A stretch of DNA of 64,000 bases from assembly GCF_006345805.1 (NCBI RefSeq), contig NC_043000.1, forward strand, positions 139,562,001 to 139,626,000, given 5' to 3'. The stretch's first letter is position 1; each line of letters begins with the position of its first letter. Source of the stretch: Octopus sinensis (taxonomy: Eukaryota). Shown here in pieces: positions 37,536 through 51,031 of the stretch. The position numbers and the translations under genes were made by a program. The notes beneath the pieces are model-generated. The model saw nothing but the letters and a program-made list of their open reading frames with translations, was not told the origin of the DNA and ran no database searches.

Positions 37536-38325
37536 CTATTGCTATAATCACCTTCAAATTGTTGTCATTATATGTATTTTAACACGCTTTACTGAGTTTG
37601 TTTTGTTTTGTTTAATGCAAATATTGTCACATTTGTTTTTGTTTTCTACGTAATTTTGTGTATGAGAGCCTGTTCCTACAACCTATGTGGTAAACTTATG
37701 AAAGAACAAACAAAAATTTGATAAACATGATCAGATGCAATATATCATCAATAAACCAATAAAAATAACAAAGAAATTGCTGCTATGTGTAGAAGATATT
37801 GCTTCAAAACCTCACCTTCAGAGATCAAGAGAAATTTAAGAATGTAATACATGACAAGATAAATTTAACACCACAAAATGCAACACAATAATCCAAACAG
37901 AATTAGTTTCTGCATGCAAGCTTTTATTTAGCTACAGGATTAAATAAAATACTGCATCTAAACTGATAAAAACTATCATCAGAGGGCCAAGTACTTAAAT
38001 AACAGAATATACACCTTTTATATTGTAGATAACATAGATGACACCAGCTAATCTTTCCAATAAGCTGAAATACACACCACATATTGCAGGGACTCACAAA
38101 ATAAACATTGTTGAAAAGCAGCAGAAAATTGTGTACAATAGCCTTAAAAATTGGTGAATATCTATCTGTAATAAGAGACTACACAGAGAGTTTAGAAAAT
38201 ATGATAGTGTTTAAACCAACCTTTTGAAAATTATTGTGAAGTTTTCTTCTTCAGATATGTGGACAATACATCCAACAGAATGGGAATATTTAGGATTTTC
38301 TGTTATCAATAAATAAGGGGAAAGG

Positions 38326-38356
<31 letters not shown>

Positions 38357-39015
38357 GAAAGAATTACAGGTAATAGATATACTTAACAGAACAATAAACA
38401 TGGAAAATATGATTCTGTTTAAGTATTTACATAAGATGTCATAGTTGCCCTGAATAATTTTGGTAATTCAAATTGACAATATTCCAAATTAGTGAGTGTT
38501 CTAGTTCAAGATACTTCACAATGAACTAACATAGAAGAGTTCAGTGAGTTGATTTGCTGCAAGCAGTGAAATACTCTAATGTTTCAAGCACTTGTCCTCC
38601 TCCTTCTTCTTTTGTGTGTGTATGAGAGACAGAGAAGGGGAGAGGGGATATAAAGAAGAAAAGGACAAGAGAGAGAGAGAGAGAGAGGGAGAGCAAATAC
38701 ATTGAAGTGATATTGTCTTGTTGCAAGAGTGAATGAAAAAGTGAGTAAAGTAGGGAAAGTAGTGGTGCTATGCAAAGTATTAACGTTAGGAAGTGAAAGA
38801 GAAAATAAACAAGAGAGAGAGGTAGTGTGAGTAGTGAGCAATGAAGAAGGAAGTAAAGATTGAGAGAGGGGTGGTAGAGAAGAGCCCAGTTTTATACTAA
38901 TATCCAAGTCAGCTGAAGTGTAAGGGAGGTGGGTGAGGATCAAGACAAGATAAGTAAGAATACAGAAAAAAAGGGAAGAGGTTGACAAAAGGTCACACAA
39001 ACAATAACATAGAAC

Positions 39016-39047
<32 letters not shown>

Positions 39048-39059
39048 GTAAGAAAGATG

Positions 39060-39406
39060 AGGAGTGGCATCTTGGGCAAGTGTCTTCTACTAGAGCCTCG
39101 GGCCGACCAAAGCCTTGTGAGTGGATTTGGTAGACGGAAACTGAAAGAAGCCCGTCGTATATATGTATATATATATATGCGTGTGTGTGTTTGTGTGTCT
39201 GTGTTTGTCCCCCTAGCATTGCTTGACAACCGATGCTGGTGTGTTTATGTCCTCGTTACTTAGCGATTTGGCAAAAGAGACCGATAGAATAAGTACTGGG
39301 CTTACAAAAGAATAAGTCCCGGGGTCGATTTGCTCGATTAAAGGCAGTGCTCCAGCATGGCAGCAGTCAAATGACTGAAACAAGTAAAAGAGAGTAAAGA
39401 GTAAAG
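39060..39406 (+). mobile_element. SINE family A with deleted tRNA head
   Basis: ggagtggc joined directly to atcttgggcaag; rest intact. Confidence 0.9.
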
Positions 39407-39764
39407 TTGTTGGTGTGCGTTGTGTCATTCACAAAACAAGTGAAACTGTGGCACTCACTTGCAAGTGACAGCTAAGCTAAGCTCAGCACCATCGTCAATA
39501 CAGTCTAAGAATTACCCCATAAACTAGCATTGTAATAGAAAATTCTAGATATTGACACAATATATAGCAAAAGAAACTATAAGTTGAGGATATCTCTATA
39601 TATTTACTCAACCTACTAGAAATAGTAAGAGTGGCTTTGTATCACATCTTGCCCTGGAGAACACATTTAATAATGTGTTTCTAGACTTGCTGAATATGAA
39701 TACGTCCAACATACAGCTGTGCTGGTACCCTCATTCCACCTTTTCTACCACTACTACAGTGGTC

Positions 39765-40109
39765 TCTGTTCCTCAGATATCACTGCTAACAAAGAGACCT
39801 TGTGCTTGAGGAGACCTATTGAGTCAAGTACATCAACATCAAAAATCAAATGGAAATTGTAGTTGTGATACCTGTGCCGGTGGCATGTAAAAAGCACCAT
39901 CTGAACGTGGCTGATACCAGCCTTGACTGGCTTCCATGCTGGTGGCATGTAAAAAGCACCCACTACACTCGCAGAGTGGTTGGCGTCAGGAGGAGCATCC
40001 AGCTGTAGAAACACTGCCAGATCAGACTGGAGCCTGGTGCAGCCTCCTGGCTTCCCAAACCCTGGTCGAACCGTCCAACCCATGCTAGCATGGAAAACAG
40101 ACGTTAAAC

Positions 40110-40139
<30 letters not shown>
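39765..40139 (+). mobile_element. RTE 3' end (family B) including the end of the ORF
   Basis: tgtgcttgaggagacc, as at the end of the RTE RT fragments, joined to VNTR and tail. Confidence 0.85.
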
Positions 40140-40140
<1 letters not shown>

Positions 40141-40176
40141 GTTTTTTTAAAAAATGGTGGGGATATCAAGAGAAAC

Positions 40177-40522
40177 GTTAGTTAGTTAGTTAATTTTTTT
40201 GGCTCAAAAAGCAAAAAGCAAGGCCATGTAGGGGGACATGGAGTTATGTACAGGGTGGTGTTCGTGTAATGAGTTCAGGCCACTTGTGCTCTAGGGAGAC
40301 TTTAAACCAAGCGGTCATTGGCATCTTCACTATCTTGTCCGGCAGCTTATTCCACAGATCCGCAACACAGACGGAGAAAGCCCCTCTCCTTCGATTGAGA
40401 TGAAATCGTTGCAGATAGAGCTTTTCGGAGTGACCCCGCAGCCGACACTCTGGAGCAGGAGTGAAGAACAGCTCTTTCGAGAGGTTACACTTTCCGCTTA
40501 TGATGTTCAGAATTTCAGAGAG
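40177..40522 (-). mobile_element. CR1-clade LINE 3' end
   Basis: Minus-strand reading LRGHSEKLYLQRFHLNRRRGAFSVCVADLWNKLPDKIVKM...FKVSLE, typical of the CR1 RT C-terminus; (TAAC)n tail. Confidence 0.85.
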
Positions 40523-41731
40523 TACTCACAAACAAAAGATTTGGAGTCAGAATAGAACTTACCTTCGGCTTCAAACAAATATGTTCTTTTATTCTTTTAT
40601 TATTTTATTTGTTTCAGTTATTTGACCGTGGTCATATTGGAGCACTGTGTTATTCACAAATGTACTGGATGCCTATTTGAAATGAGTTAAAAATATATTT
40701 GAATGTTGTGCTCTAACCGAGCTCATAATATATCGGCAAGGAAGCATCAAGTGGCAACTTGACATGATGTAAATAGGAAATGCATTTCCCTCAAATCATA
40801 TCCTATTATCTTAAAAAGGAAGGATACAATGTATAATCTAGTCATGGAGACATTATACCTTAAAGAAAAGATATAAGGATAGTTAAGGAAGGAATGCTAC
40901 AATCTATTTTGTTTTTTCTACTACATTACTACATTTCTACCTAATAACAACAGCAAGAGAAAGAAAATAACTGTAATAATACAGACATGTAATATCAAAA
41001 ACGAAAACTGTATTATAAATATAGTGGAAGTGTTTACATTAACAAGTTTACTATGAATAAATAATGTAATGTTGAAGCTGTTCACGGAAAGAGTTACTTA
41101 AATCTTGAGAAACAGGAAAAGTGAATAATTCTTAAAAACTGCCATAGACATTTGAAAGGTCATAAGCTAAAAGGAAGAAAACAGTATTAGTAGATTTTAT
41201 GAATTCTACCTGTGGTGGTTAAAATAAGAAATTTTTATTTATTTATGTTTTTTTTCATTGATGTAAAGAAACCTAGGAAAGACCTTGGTTTACTTTCGAA
41301 TTATAATAATTTGCTGTTTAGTGAACTGGTTGAGTTGTTTGAGTGCTGTATAAAATGTTTTGCAGTATTTATTCTAGCTCAGTGTTAAAATTTTGCAGGT
41401 GGTTAATTTCACTTTTCTTTCTTCCAGTTTTGGTAAAGTAACAATTTTGTACTGGGATCAATATTTCCTTCTAATTTTTTCTTCATTTCTCTTTTTCTCT
41501 CTCTCTCTCTCTCTTACTTCTTTTCTGAAAGAAATTAGCTGTGATCATCCCTAGAAAGGCATGAACACTGCCAGGACTGAAAGTGTCCAAGGAACACTAT
41601 TTGCCACAATAGTGCCCTTACAATTCATTAAAAGGTGAAGACCAAGTCAAAACAAGATACTCTAGAATATAAGAAAAAGGGTATTCTAACAAATAAGAAA
41701 ATGACATCACTGAAAATAAAATAATTTTCTT

Positions 41732-41903
41732 AGGTGTAGGAGTGGGTGTGTGGTAAGTAGCTTGCTTATGAACCACATAGTTCCATGTTCAGTCCCACTG
41801 CATGGCACCTTGGGCAAGTGTCTTCTACAATAGACTCGGGCCGACCAAAGCCTTGTGAGTAGATTTGGTTGATGGAAATTTAAAGAAGCCCACCATATAT
41901 ATG

Positions 41904-41935
<32 letters not shown>

Positions 41936-42138
41936 CGTGTTTATCCCCCCAACATCGCTTGACAACCGATGCTGGTGTGTTTGTGTCCCCGTAACTTAGC
42001 AGTTTGGCAAAAGAGGCCAATAGAATAAGTACTAGGCTTACAAAGATTAAGTTCTGGGGGTCGATTTGCTCAACTAGAGGCGGTGCTCCAGCATGGCTGC
42101 AGTAAAATGACTGAATCAAGTAAAAAAAAATAAAAGAG
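41732..42138 (+). mobile_element. SINE family A
   Basis: Full-length match. Confidence 0.9.
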
Positions 42139-42537
42139 TATATTCAGAAATACTACAATGTTAAAATTCTGAACAACAAATTTTGAATCCTTTAGTAATA
42201 TATTTTTAAGTTATGAACAGAAAAATTTTCCTCTTCATCACAGGTTACATTTTGTAGAATATGAAGTTACACTGAGCAATATGAATTCATAAGTAAATTC
42301 ACTTCTATCCACTTCAACATAGTTGAATGGTTAAGAAGTTTTCTTGCAATTAGGAGTTCCTAAGTTTGATCCTGCTTTATGGCACCAGAAGGATATTTTT
42401 ACAACAGCTATAAGTCAACCAAAGAGTTTTGAGGGAAGCAAGGTGGTAGAAACTGTGTCGCACCTGTAACATAAAGGTCTGACCATGTCACACTGTGATT
42501 CGTGGTTCTGCTTGCAAGAATCTGTGTACATATACCT

Positions 42538-42769
42538 ATTTGTTTACTACCCACAAGGGGCCAAACACAGAGGGGACAAACAAGGACAGACAAATGGATT
42601 AAGTCAATTACATCGACCCCAGTGCATAACTGGTACTTAGTTTATCGACCCCAAAAGGATGAAAGGCAAAGTCGACCTCGGCGGAATTTGAACTCAGAAC
42701 GTAACGGCAGATGAAATACTGGTAAGCATTTCGCCTGGCGTGCTAACGTTTCTACTAGCTCGCCGCCTT
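42538..42769 (-). mobile_element. SINE family C with 15-bp target-site duplication
   Basis: tgtgtacatatacct at 42523-42537 and 42770-42784. Confidence 0.9.
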
Positions 42770-43257
42770 TGTGTACATATACCTGTAGACAGTTCAGCCA
42801 TGTACGTGCTAATTCTATGTGTATGTACTTCAGTTCTTTTCCTGTATGTGTTTATGGGTGTGTAATATTGGTCTGTTACTGAGGCATTCAAAGTCAAATA
42901 TTTATTGGAAACAGAGGTTATTGAATTAACTCCAGCGTATTACTGATATTTATTTTACTAACTCAAGACAGATAACAGGCATAATCAATCATAATCTGAT
43001 CATTTGTGGGAAAATGAGCATTAGTTTCCCCAACATGCTTATCTTTTTACCATTATCTTGAAATACCATGACCTTCTTCCTTCAGTATTTTGTTAACAGA
43101 ATATATATATATATAATGTGTTTACAAAATACTGAAGAAACAAGGTCATGGTATATATATATGTTATCATTTGAAGATGCCGATGTATATATTCTTATAC
43201 ATATATTCTTTTATTTTGCATATGTATGTATGTATATATATAAATATATATATATAT

Positions 43258-43425
43258 GCAGGAGTGGCTGTGTGGTAAGTAGCTTGCTTACCAACCACAT
43301 GGTTCCGGGTTCAGTCCCACTGTGTGGCATCTTGGGAAAGTGTCTTCTACTATAGCCCCAGGCCGACCAATGCCTTGTGAGTGGATTTGGTAGACGGAAA
43401 CTGAAAGAAGCCCATCGTATATATG

Positions 43426-43456
<31 letters not shown>

Positions 43457-43664
43457 ATGTTTGTGTGTCTGTGTTTGTCATCCTAGCATTGCTTGACAAC
43501 CAATGCTGGTGTCTTTATGTCCCCGTCACTTAGCGGTTCGGCAAAAGAGACCAATAGAATAAGTACTGGGCTTACAAAAGAATGAGTCCTGGGGTCGAGT
43601 TGCTCAATTAAAGGCGGTGCTCCAGCATGGCTGCAGTCAAATGACTGAAACAAGTAAAAGAGTA
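43258..43664 (+). mobile_element. SINE family A
   Basis: Full-length match. Confidence 0.9.
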
Positions 43665-44663
43665 ATACACACACACACACATCATTATAAATAAAAGGAA
43701 AATCCTGTGTTCAGTCATCAGAACCAGAGCAAGTGCACATGGTTGCACTCACAACACACATATGCACGTACGCATACACACACACACACACGCACAAACG
43801 CACACGCACATACACACACACAAGCGAATGAGAAAAGCCTGTATTCAGTCTATTGATCTGGTAAAAGTAACAGTGAAAGCTTTCTCAAATCGTATCTTTT
43901 TCTCCTAAATAATGGACATATCGGATCCTGTAGTGTTAGGTAAATGATGGTTAAGGAAAGGTGTGATCTCATTTGAAATACTTTTAATCAGGGACCAGCC
44001 CATCTAGGGCTGACCTTGTGTTAAACAATAACAATGAAATACACTTCACAGAAAAGTACATAATAGAAAGTATAATTCTTGTTATAATCTCTTATCTTTA
44101 TTGTCCTCACATTATTCTCATTTCCATCATCATCCCTCCATTATTCCCCACTTCCTCCTTACCCCCATTACCTTCTCCATCACTACCGTTACAATCACCG
44201 CCACTTGCCATCATCATCATCATCATCATTGCCATCATCGTCGTTGATCTAAATTATTTTATGAGAAGCAAACAAATAAATCAAATATATTTAAATGTCA
44301 TGACTTTAAAGGAAGCAAAATTTAAACAAGCTAAACTTATTTCACAATTTTAAATAATAATTATATTATTCCGTTTGCAACACTGTAAAGGAATTATTTA
44401 AATGTTTCTTCCTTGTTAGCAATTTAGTGAGAAGTTGATCTATTTATCATTGTTTTATTCAAATAAAGAAATATAAAATTTTTGCAATGTTCTATGTTAT
44501 TTCAGAGATACATCAGAAATTTATAGTCAAGTTCTCTAAAACATCAGCTTTGAAAGCTATTAAAATTTAAATAATTAATCTTAAAATTGAAGGAAGGTTT
44601 TGGGTAATCCAAATTTCTAAATGACCATTGGGAAAGGTATAATCTTTTTAATATTCCACTGTC

Positions 44664-44880
44664 TAAGGCAGTGAGCTGGTAGAAATGTCAGCATGCAGGT
44701 GAAATGCCTTGTGGTATTTTGTTTGTCTTTACATTCTGAGTTCAAATTCTGCCAAGGACGACTTTGCTTTTCATCTTTTTGGGGTCGATAAATTAAGTAT
44801 CAGTTGTGTACTGGAGTCAATCTAATTGACTGATCCCTCCCCTAAAATTTCTGGCCTTGTGCCTAGAGTAGAAAAGAATA
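44664..44880 (+). mobile_element. SINE family C (further degenerate copies near 33178-33410, 34290-34640, 45015-45232)
   Basis: ggcagtgagctggtagaa head and family body. Confidence 0.8.
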
Positions 44881-46015
44881 TTTCATACTGTATAAATCTA
44901 TTGGTAATGTGATATTTTATGTACGAAGTAATATTATAAAAACAGTTGATGTATTTTTCTTGATATATTTTTCATTACTTCCATTTTAAACTAGTATTGT
45001 AATACTATGGCTGAATAAAGTGGTAAGCTGGTAGAATCATTTGCACACTGGGTAAAATGTTTAGAAGCATTTTGTCCATCTTTATATTCTAAGTTCAAAT
45101 TCCAATTTGGTCGCCTTTGCACTTCATCTTTTTGGGCTCAATAGAATAAATACCTGTTGAGTATTGAAGTCTATTAAATCAATCTATCTCTCCCCTGAAA
45201 TTTCAGGCCTTGTGCCAAAACTTGAAAGCTATATTATGAATGGATAATTCTTCAATTTTGATCAGATTCCAAATCTCTAAAGGGTACTTGAAACTTTGTT
45301 TGTTTTTGTGTTTTCGTTATGAATTTTATTTTTTTTGGTCACAACCTGATGCTTCTTGTTGATTCACTTTAGAATCCATCTATGGTTGTTATATATTAAT
45401 CATTGGTTAAGCTATATGAGCTGCTCAAAGAATTCTAATATTGCCTTGAAATCTCCTACATACAATAAATCAGATTCATTCCTAGGAACCTGTCTATGAA
45501 GGCTGTTTACGCTGTATATCTTGAATCAGAAGAGATTTGTTTTAGTGGTGGGGAGTGCTGGTTTTTGTGAGTCAGGTGACTAATCTATAAATTCCAATAT
45601 TATACTCATGTCACAGTCTAGAATCTATAAATCGTTGCCATAGCTTAGCTAACCAAATTTTAAACTTCAACTAGATCGAACATGAATGATATAAATATAG
45701 ATCTTCATCTCTGTGGCAGGACATTGACTAAATATATGATGATCTATTTAGTATTTCTGTGCTAATCCTACTCAGATTGGTTTTGACTTTCAGTCGTATG
45801 TAATTGATAAAATAGCTTACCAGAAGTAAGCTCCATTAACTAGCTAAGTGATGAGGTGGTGTATTTCATACAAACATGTTTAAAAGTACATGAAAATGAA
45901 CTAGACTGGTCACAAAGGAATAATAGTAACAAAAGCAATGAAAGAAAGGAGAATTATTAACAAGGCCCACACACTATGAGAAATAACTATCAAAGCTCCC
46001 ACTGAAACCACAGCC

Positions 46016-46016
<1 letters not shown>

Positions 46017-46051
<35 letters not shown>

Positions 46052-46330
46052 GTTTAACGTCCGTTCTCCATGCTAGCATGGGTTGGACAGTTCGACCGGG
46101 GCTCTGGGAAGCCAGAAGGCTTCACCAGGCTCCAGTCTGATCTGGCAATGTTTCTACAGCTGGATGCCCTTCCTAACGCCAACCACTCCGTGAGTGTAGT
46201 GGGTGCTTTTTACATGCCACCTGCATAGGTGCCAGGCGACACTGGCAACGGCCACGGTTGGATTGGTGTATATTACGTGCCACAGGCACGGAGGACAGTC
46301 GAGGCGGCGCTGGCATCGGCCACGAGTCAA
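46017..46330 (-). mobile_element. RTE-type 3' tail (family B)
   Basis: Family match. Confidence 0.85.
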
Positions 46331-46528
46331 ACAGAAGTTTCGTAGCACTCTAAAAATAAATTCACATTGAATAATGGAATTTAAAGGATGCAGTGCTGGA
46401 AAAACGAGACAGAAGAGTCATAGCTTGAATGATTTTGATCACAGGTTTACCTGATCAAAGCCCACTTGGAGATTACAGCAACCAACATCTGTTGTTGTTG
46501 TTTTTTTTTTTTAAATATAGACACCTAC

Positions 46529-46745
46529 ACTCTTTTACTCTTTTACTTGTTTCAGTCATTTGACTGCGGCCATGCTGGAGCACCACCTTTAGTCGAGCAA
46601 ATCGACCCCAGGACTTATTCTTTGTAAGCCCAGTACTTATTCTTTCGGTCTCTTTTACCGAACTGCTAAGTTATGGGGACATAAACACACCAGCATCGAT
46701 TGTCAAGTGATGTTGGGGTGGACAAACACAGACACACAAGCATAT

Positions 46746-46800
<55 letters not shown>

Positions 46801-46966
46801 TACGACAGGCTTCTTTCAGTTTCCATCTACCAAATCCACTCACAAGGCTTTGGTCAGCCCAAGGCTATAGTAGAAGACACTTGCCCAAGGTGCCACACAG
46901 TGGGACTGAACCCAGAACCATGTTGTTGGTAAGCAAGCTACTTACCACACAGCCACTCCTATGCCT
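46529..46966 (-). mobile_element. SINE family A
   Basis: Full-length match; its head forms the left arm of the 186-bp inverted duplication. Confidence 0.9.
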
Positions 46967-47650
46967 ATAAATCTTAAATTTGATATAAATACATCAATTT
47001 CTGTACTGCGGTGAAAAATATAGGTTTATTTGAAATTATTGCCCACTTTAAAGTATTCAGTTAGTAAATTATGAGTTATAAGCTTATGGAATATAAGGTG
47101 AGAAAAGTTGCTATAAACCTTAACACCAAATAACAAGTGGAAAAAGAGGGGCTGCAACACTGATTACATCATGAAAGTGATTTTCTTTAAAAGGCTGAAC
47201 CCACACAGAAATGGAAAGAAGAAAAGCAGTATTTAGATAAAGGAAAAACACACATCTTGCTTAAAGTGAATAGCCCCGAAAATTAATTTTAAGAAAGGGC
47301 ATATTCACAAAGATAAGTTTATCCTGTTCATTAGGAAAATACCACTAATACCACACCACTTGGATCCAATTGGGCACATCTACTTTCTTTTTTGGGGTGA
47401 TAGAAAATCCATACAGGTCAGTAGAAACTCTATATAGCCTATCCAGTGCAAGTAATGGACACATAGAAATTGATGTATTTATATCAAATTTAAGATTTAT
47501 AGGCATAGGAGTGGCTGTGTGGTAAGTAGCTTGCTTACCAACAACATGGTTCTGGGTTCAGTCCCACTGTGTGGCACCTTGGGCAAGTGTCTTCTACTAT
47601 AGCCTTGGGCTGACCAAAGCCTTGTGAGTGGATTTGGTAGATGGAAACTG
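46817..47650. repeat. Perfect inverted duplication: arms 46817-47002 and 47465-47650 (186 bp), 462-bp spacer
   Basis: Arms include the SINE head plus about 36 bp of non-SINE flank; ORFs 46707..46970 and 47497..47742 share an identical 50-aa end. Confidence 0.95.
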
Positions 47651-47699
47651 GTAACAGAGAAAGTGGTCTTTATAAGTGGCAGATGTGCAGGTACGTTAA

Positions 47700-47921
47700 C
47701 CCTTTCGTTACCGTATTTATTTTGAGATGCTCTGTGTTTCATTCAAATTATTTTAAATATAACAAAGAATTTAGTAAAAGAACTTAGTTATCATTAAGCT
47801 AGTGTTGGGAACATAAATTGTGACTAAGGTTTGGTGGAAGATTTTAATTCAAAACTTATGAAAATAAGACATTTGTACTACAGAGCCAGAGGTGGTTTTG
47901 GCCGGATTGGTATCAAAAGGG
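47700..47921. mobile_element. piggyBac-type MITE, copy 1
   Basis: TTAA|CCCTTTCGTTACC ... GGTATCAAAAGGG|TTAA. Confidence 0.85.
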
Positions 47922-47927
47922 TTAAAC

Positions 47928-48835
47928 ACCAGGAATGTACAAAAAGCAGATTCCTTTAAATGTCAGAAGAGCGGTTCTTAGAATTAGTGGACAGTTTCCA
48001 TTACTTAGGTGACCAAGTTAGCAATAGTGGAAGTTGTTCCGAAAGCATAGCTGCTAGAATAAGAACAGGCTGGGCAAAGTTCAGAGAGCTTCTACTTTTG
48101 TTAGTAACTAATGGTTTCTCTCTCAGAGTGAAAGGCAGATTATTTGATGACTGTGTACGAAGAGCTCTGTTACATGGCAAGGCAGCATGAGCTGTGACTA
48201 CTGAATACATGCAAAGACTTGAAAGAAATGAAGCCAGCATGTGCCACTGGATGAGTAATGTCAGTATGCATATGAGACAGAGTGTAAGTGATCTGAGAGA
48301 AAAAATTGAGTATACAGAGCATTAGATGTAGTGTTCAAGAAAGGAAATTGTGCTGGTATGGTCATGTAATGTGTATGGATTAGGGCAGCTGCATAAAAAA
48401 ATGAGAATCTCTAATTGTTGAGGGAAAATGTGGAAGGGGTAGACTCAGGAAGACGTTGGACAAGTGGTGACAAAGAATCTCCAGACATCAGGCTTGAAGA
48501 CCAAGACTTCTGGTTTGCTGTGCTTGAAAAGACATATCAAGCTAAATAAAATCGTGTTTGTCCTTGCATACAGGCATGTCCCCTATATCCCTCTTCAGAT
48601 GAGGGATCCTAATCTTGTGGGCTCTTGGGTGCTAGTACCACATAACAAAACACCCTTGCCAGTGCCACATAAAAGCACCTGTACTGGTGCTACATAATGG
48701 CACCCAGTACACTGTAAATTGGTTGGTGTTAGAAACCGTGCCAGAACAGACACAGAGCTTGGGAAATTTCTTCAGCTGGCTAAACCATCCAACCCATGCC
48801 AGCATGGATGATGATGATGACGATGATGATGGTGA
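47928..48835 (+). mobile_element. 5'-truncated RTE LINE (RT C-terminus plus 3'UTR with (GAT)n tail)
   Basis: FHYLGDQ, IAARIRTGWAKFREL, LLHG, WYGHV, GKCGRGR motifs with stops, followed by the tail ...ccatccaacccatgccagcatg(gat)n. Confidence 0.9.
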
Positions 48836-48884
48836 TGAATACACAGGCAATAGCACGTATATACATTTATCAGCTCCCACATAT

Positions 48885-49303
48885 ACTCTTTACTCTCTCT
48901 CTTTTACTCTTTTACTTGTTTCAGTCATTTGACTGTGGCCATGCTGGAGCACCGCCTTTAGTCGAGCAAATCGACCCCGGAACTTATTCTTTTGTAAGCC
49001 CAGTATTATTCTATCGGTCTCTTTTGCTGAACCACTAAGTGACGGGGACATAAACACACCAGCATCGGTTATCAACCAATGCTAGAGGGACAAACACAGA
49101 CACACAAACACACACACGCAACATATATATATATACATATATATGATGGGCTTCTTTCAGTTTCCGTCTACCAAATCCACTCACAAGGCTTTAGTCGGCC
49201 CGAGGCTATAGTAGAAGACACTTGCCCAAGGTGCCACGCAGTGGGACTGAACCCGGAACCATGTGGTTGGTAGACAGGCTACTTACCACACAGCCACTCC
49301 TGC
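48885..49303 (-). mobile_element. SINE family A
   Basis: Full-length match. Confidence 0.9.
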
Positions 49304-49410
49304 GAATGTCATAATTTGAAGGTTTTGCAAATATTTTAAACAACCATTGAAGCTAGCTGACCATCCACATCTTTTCCCTTCCACTCTCAACAGCATGTAC
49401 ATCAATGTAA

Positions 49411-49633
49411 CTCTTTCGTTACCGCATTTATTTTGAGATGCTCTGTATTTCTTTCAATTATTTTAAATATACCAAAAAATTTAGTAAAAGAACTTCATTA
49501 TCTTTAAGCTAATGCTAGGAACATAAATTGTGACTAAGGTTTTGGTGAATGATTTTAATTTAAAAACTTATGCAAACAAAACATTTGTACTTCAGAGCCA
49601 GAGTTGGCTTCAGCCAAGTTGGTAACGAAAGGG
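49411..49633. mobile_element. piggyBac-type MITE, copy 2 (same orientation, visibly diverged from copy 1)
   Basis: GTAA|CTCTTTCGTTACC ... GGTAACGAAAGGG|TTAA; colinear with copy 1. Confidence 0.85.
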
Positions 49634-50137
49634 TTAACATCGAGAAGCACTTCTAAAATGAACATTTATAGATATTCCAAAGACCATTCTAGCAAAATTC
49701 CTATTGAAATTACTAAAGACAAACTTTAACATTTTATATAGTTTTAACAAATATTGACAATCCAAGGAAGTTTATGTAAATATTTGTCTTTGCTCACAGA
49801 TACTGAATTTTCACACGATTTCACACTTTCTTATTATTAGCCATTACATAACATGCAGAGAAACAACCTGAAGACAGAAGTCTATGAGATCCAGGTTTTA
49901 CCAGAAATATATCTTTGCATCAACACAAAACTCAAGATACTCCCTGAAACCAAGTGAGTTACTATGTGGAAAAGAAAAAAAATACGACAACACATATTTA
50001 TCCATTATTTCCATTTCCTCTCCTTCATCTAGACATTTTCCTTCTCAGACTAACATTCTAAAGATGTCCTAAACCTTGAAATGTTAAAGACATTTTTGCC
50101 TTCATTTCTCATCAAGCATCAAACAAATAATAGCACT

Positions 50138-50508
50138 TTATTATCTCCACCTTAGCGAAGGCATTGTTTTCAGTCATGTTTGTTTGTTTGTTTGTCCATG
50201 GACAAGAAATCTCAGGAACAGCTGAATGGGTTCAAGGGAAACTTTCAGAGATGTTTGGCCTCATGACTGGCACAAACTGATTAGATTTTTGGATTGATCC
50301 GATGCCAAACAAGGATTCTGGTTTATTTTTCTGTTGTTTTTTTTTACTTTATTTTTGGGAGTGGTTGGGTTCAGTTTTAGTATTCTCATTTGTGAGAGCA
50401 GTCAAGTTTATTTCAGATATTCTTATATTGAAAATCCTCTCTGGCTAATTGTTGAGTGGACATTGGTGTTGCCTTGGTGGAGGTTTGCACTCTCTGAGTG
50501 CTCTTGTT
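50138..50508 (+). mobile_element. Helentron-associated (DINE-1/HINE-like) non-autonomous element
   Basis: 5' ttatctccacc..aagg, (TTTG)n, subterminal inverted ccttggtggagg and perfect 3' hairpin gcactc-tct-gagtgc before a T run. Confidence 0.65.
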
Positions 50509-50842
50509 TTCAATTTCATTTCTGCCCTAAATTTTGAATGTTATACATACTCACACAAACATATATATCAATTTATTATCCCATTTCCTAACAAGAAGCA
50601 AAATACCTATCTACTATAGTCACATTGAGTAAAAAATTATCCTAGTCTCACAAAGTGCATGATGTCTTCACTAGTGCTGGTGTCATGAAAGAAGTTGTCA
50701 GTACACTGTGAAAAGGTTTGTATTGGGAAGGACACTGGAGCATGATATTATTCTTAGATATATTGGATCCTGTCAAATTGTCTAACCTATACCAGAATGT
50801 AACATGGACTTTAAAGGATGATGCACATATATATATGAAATA

Positions 50843-51031
50843 CAGTGTACATTTAAACACATTAAGCAGTTTCTATCATTCCATCATAGAAATCCCTTAC
50901 GCTAGAAAAAATAGCTAAAGTCCAAACCACTAATTAGGGATAAATTCTCGAAGGGAATTGGACTTTAGCTGTTCTTTCTAGCGTAAGGGATTCCTAGATG
51001 GAAACCTCTTAATGTGTTTAAATGTACACTG
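50843..51031. mobile_element. Tc1/mariner-type fold-back MITE
   Basis: TA|CAGTGTACATTTAAACACATTAAG ... CTTAATGTGTTTAAATGTACACTG|TA with internal arms also complementary. Confidence 0.8.

Noticed and set aside
38584-39219. 211-aa minus-strand ORF
   Set aside because: SINE plus microsatellite plus pyrimidine-rich low-complexity sequence.
43258-43330. tRNA genes at SINE heads
   Set aside because: A/B boxes are present but there is no full cloverleaf, and each runs into a SINE body.
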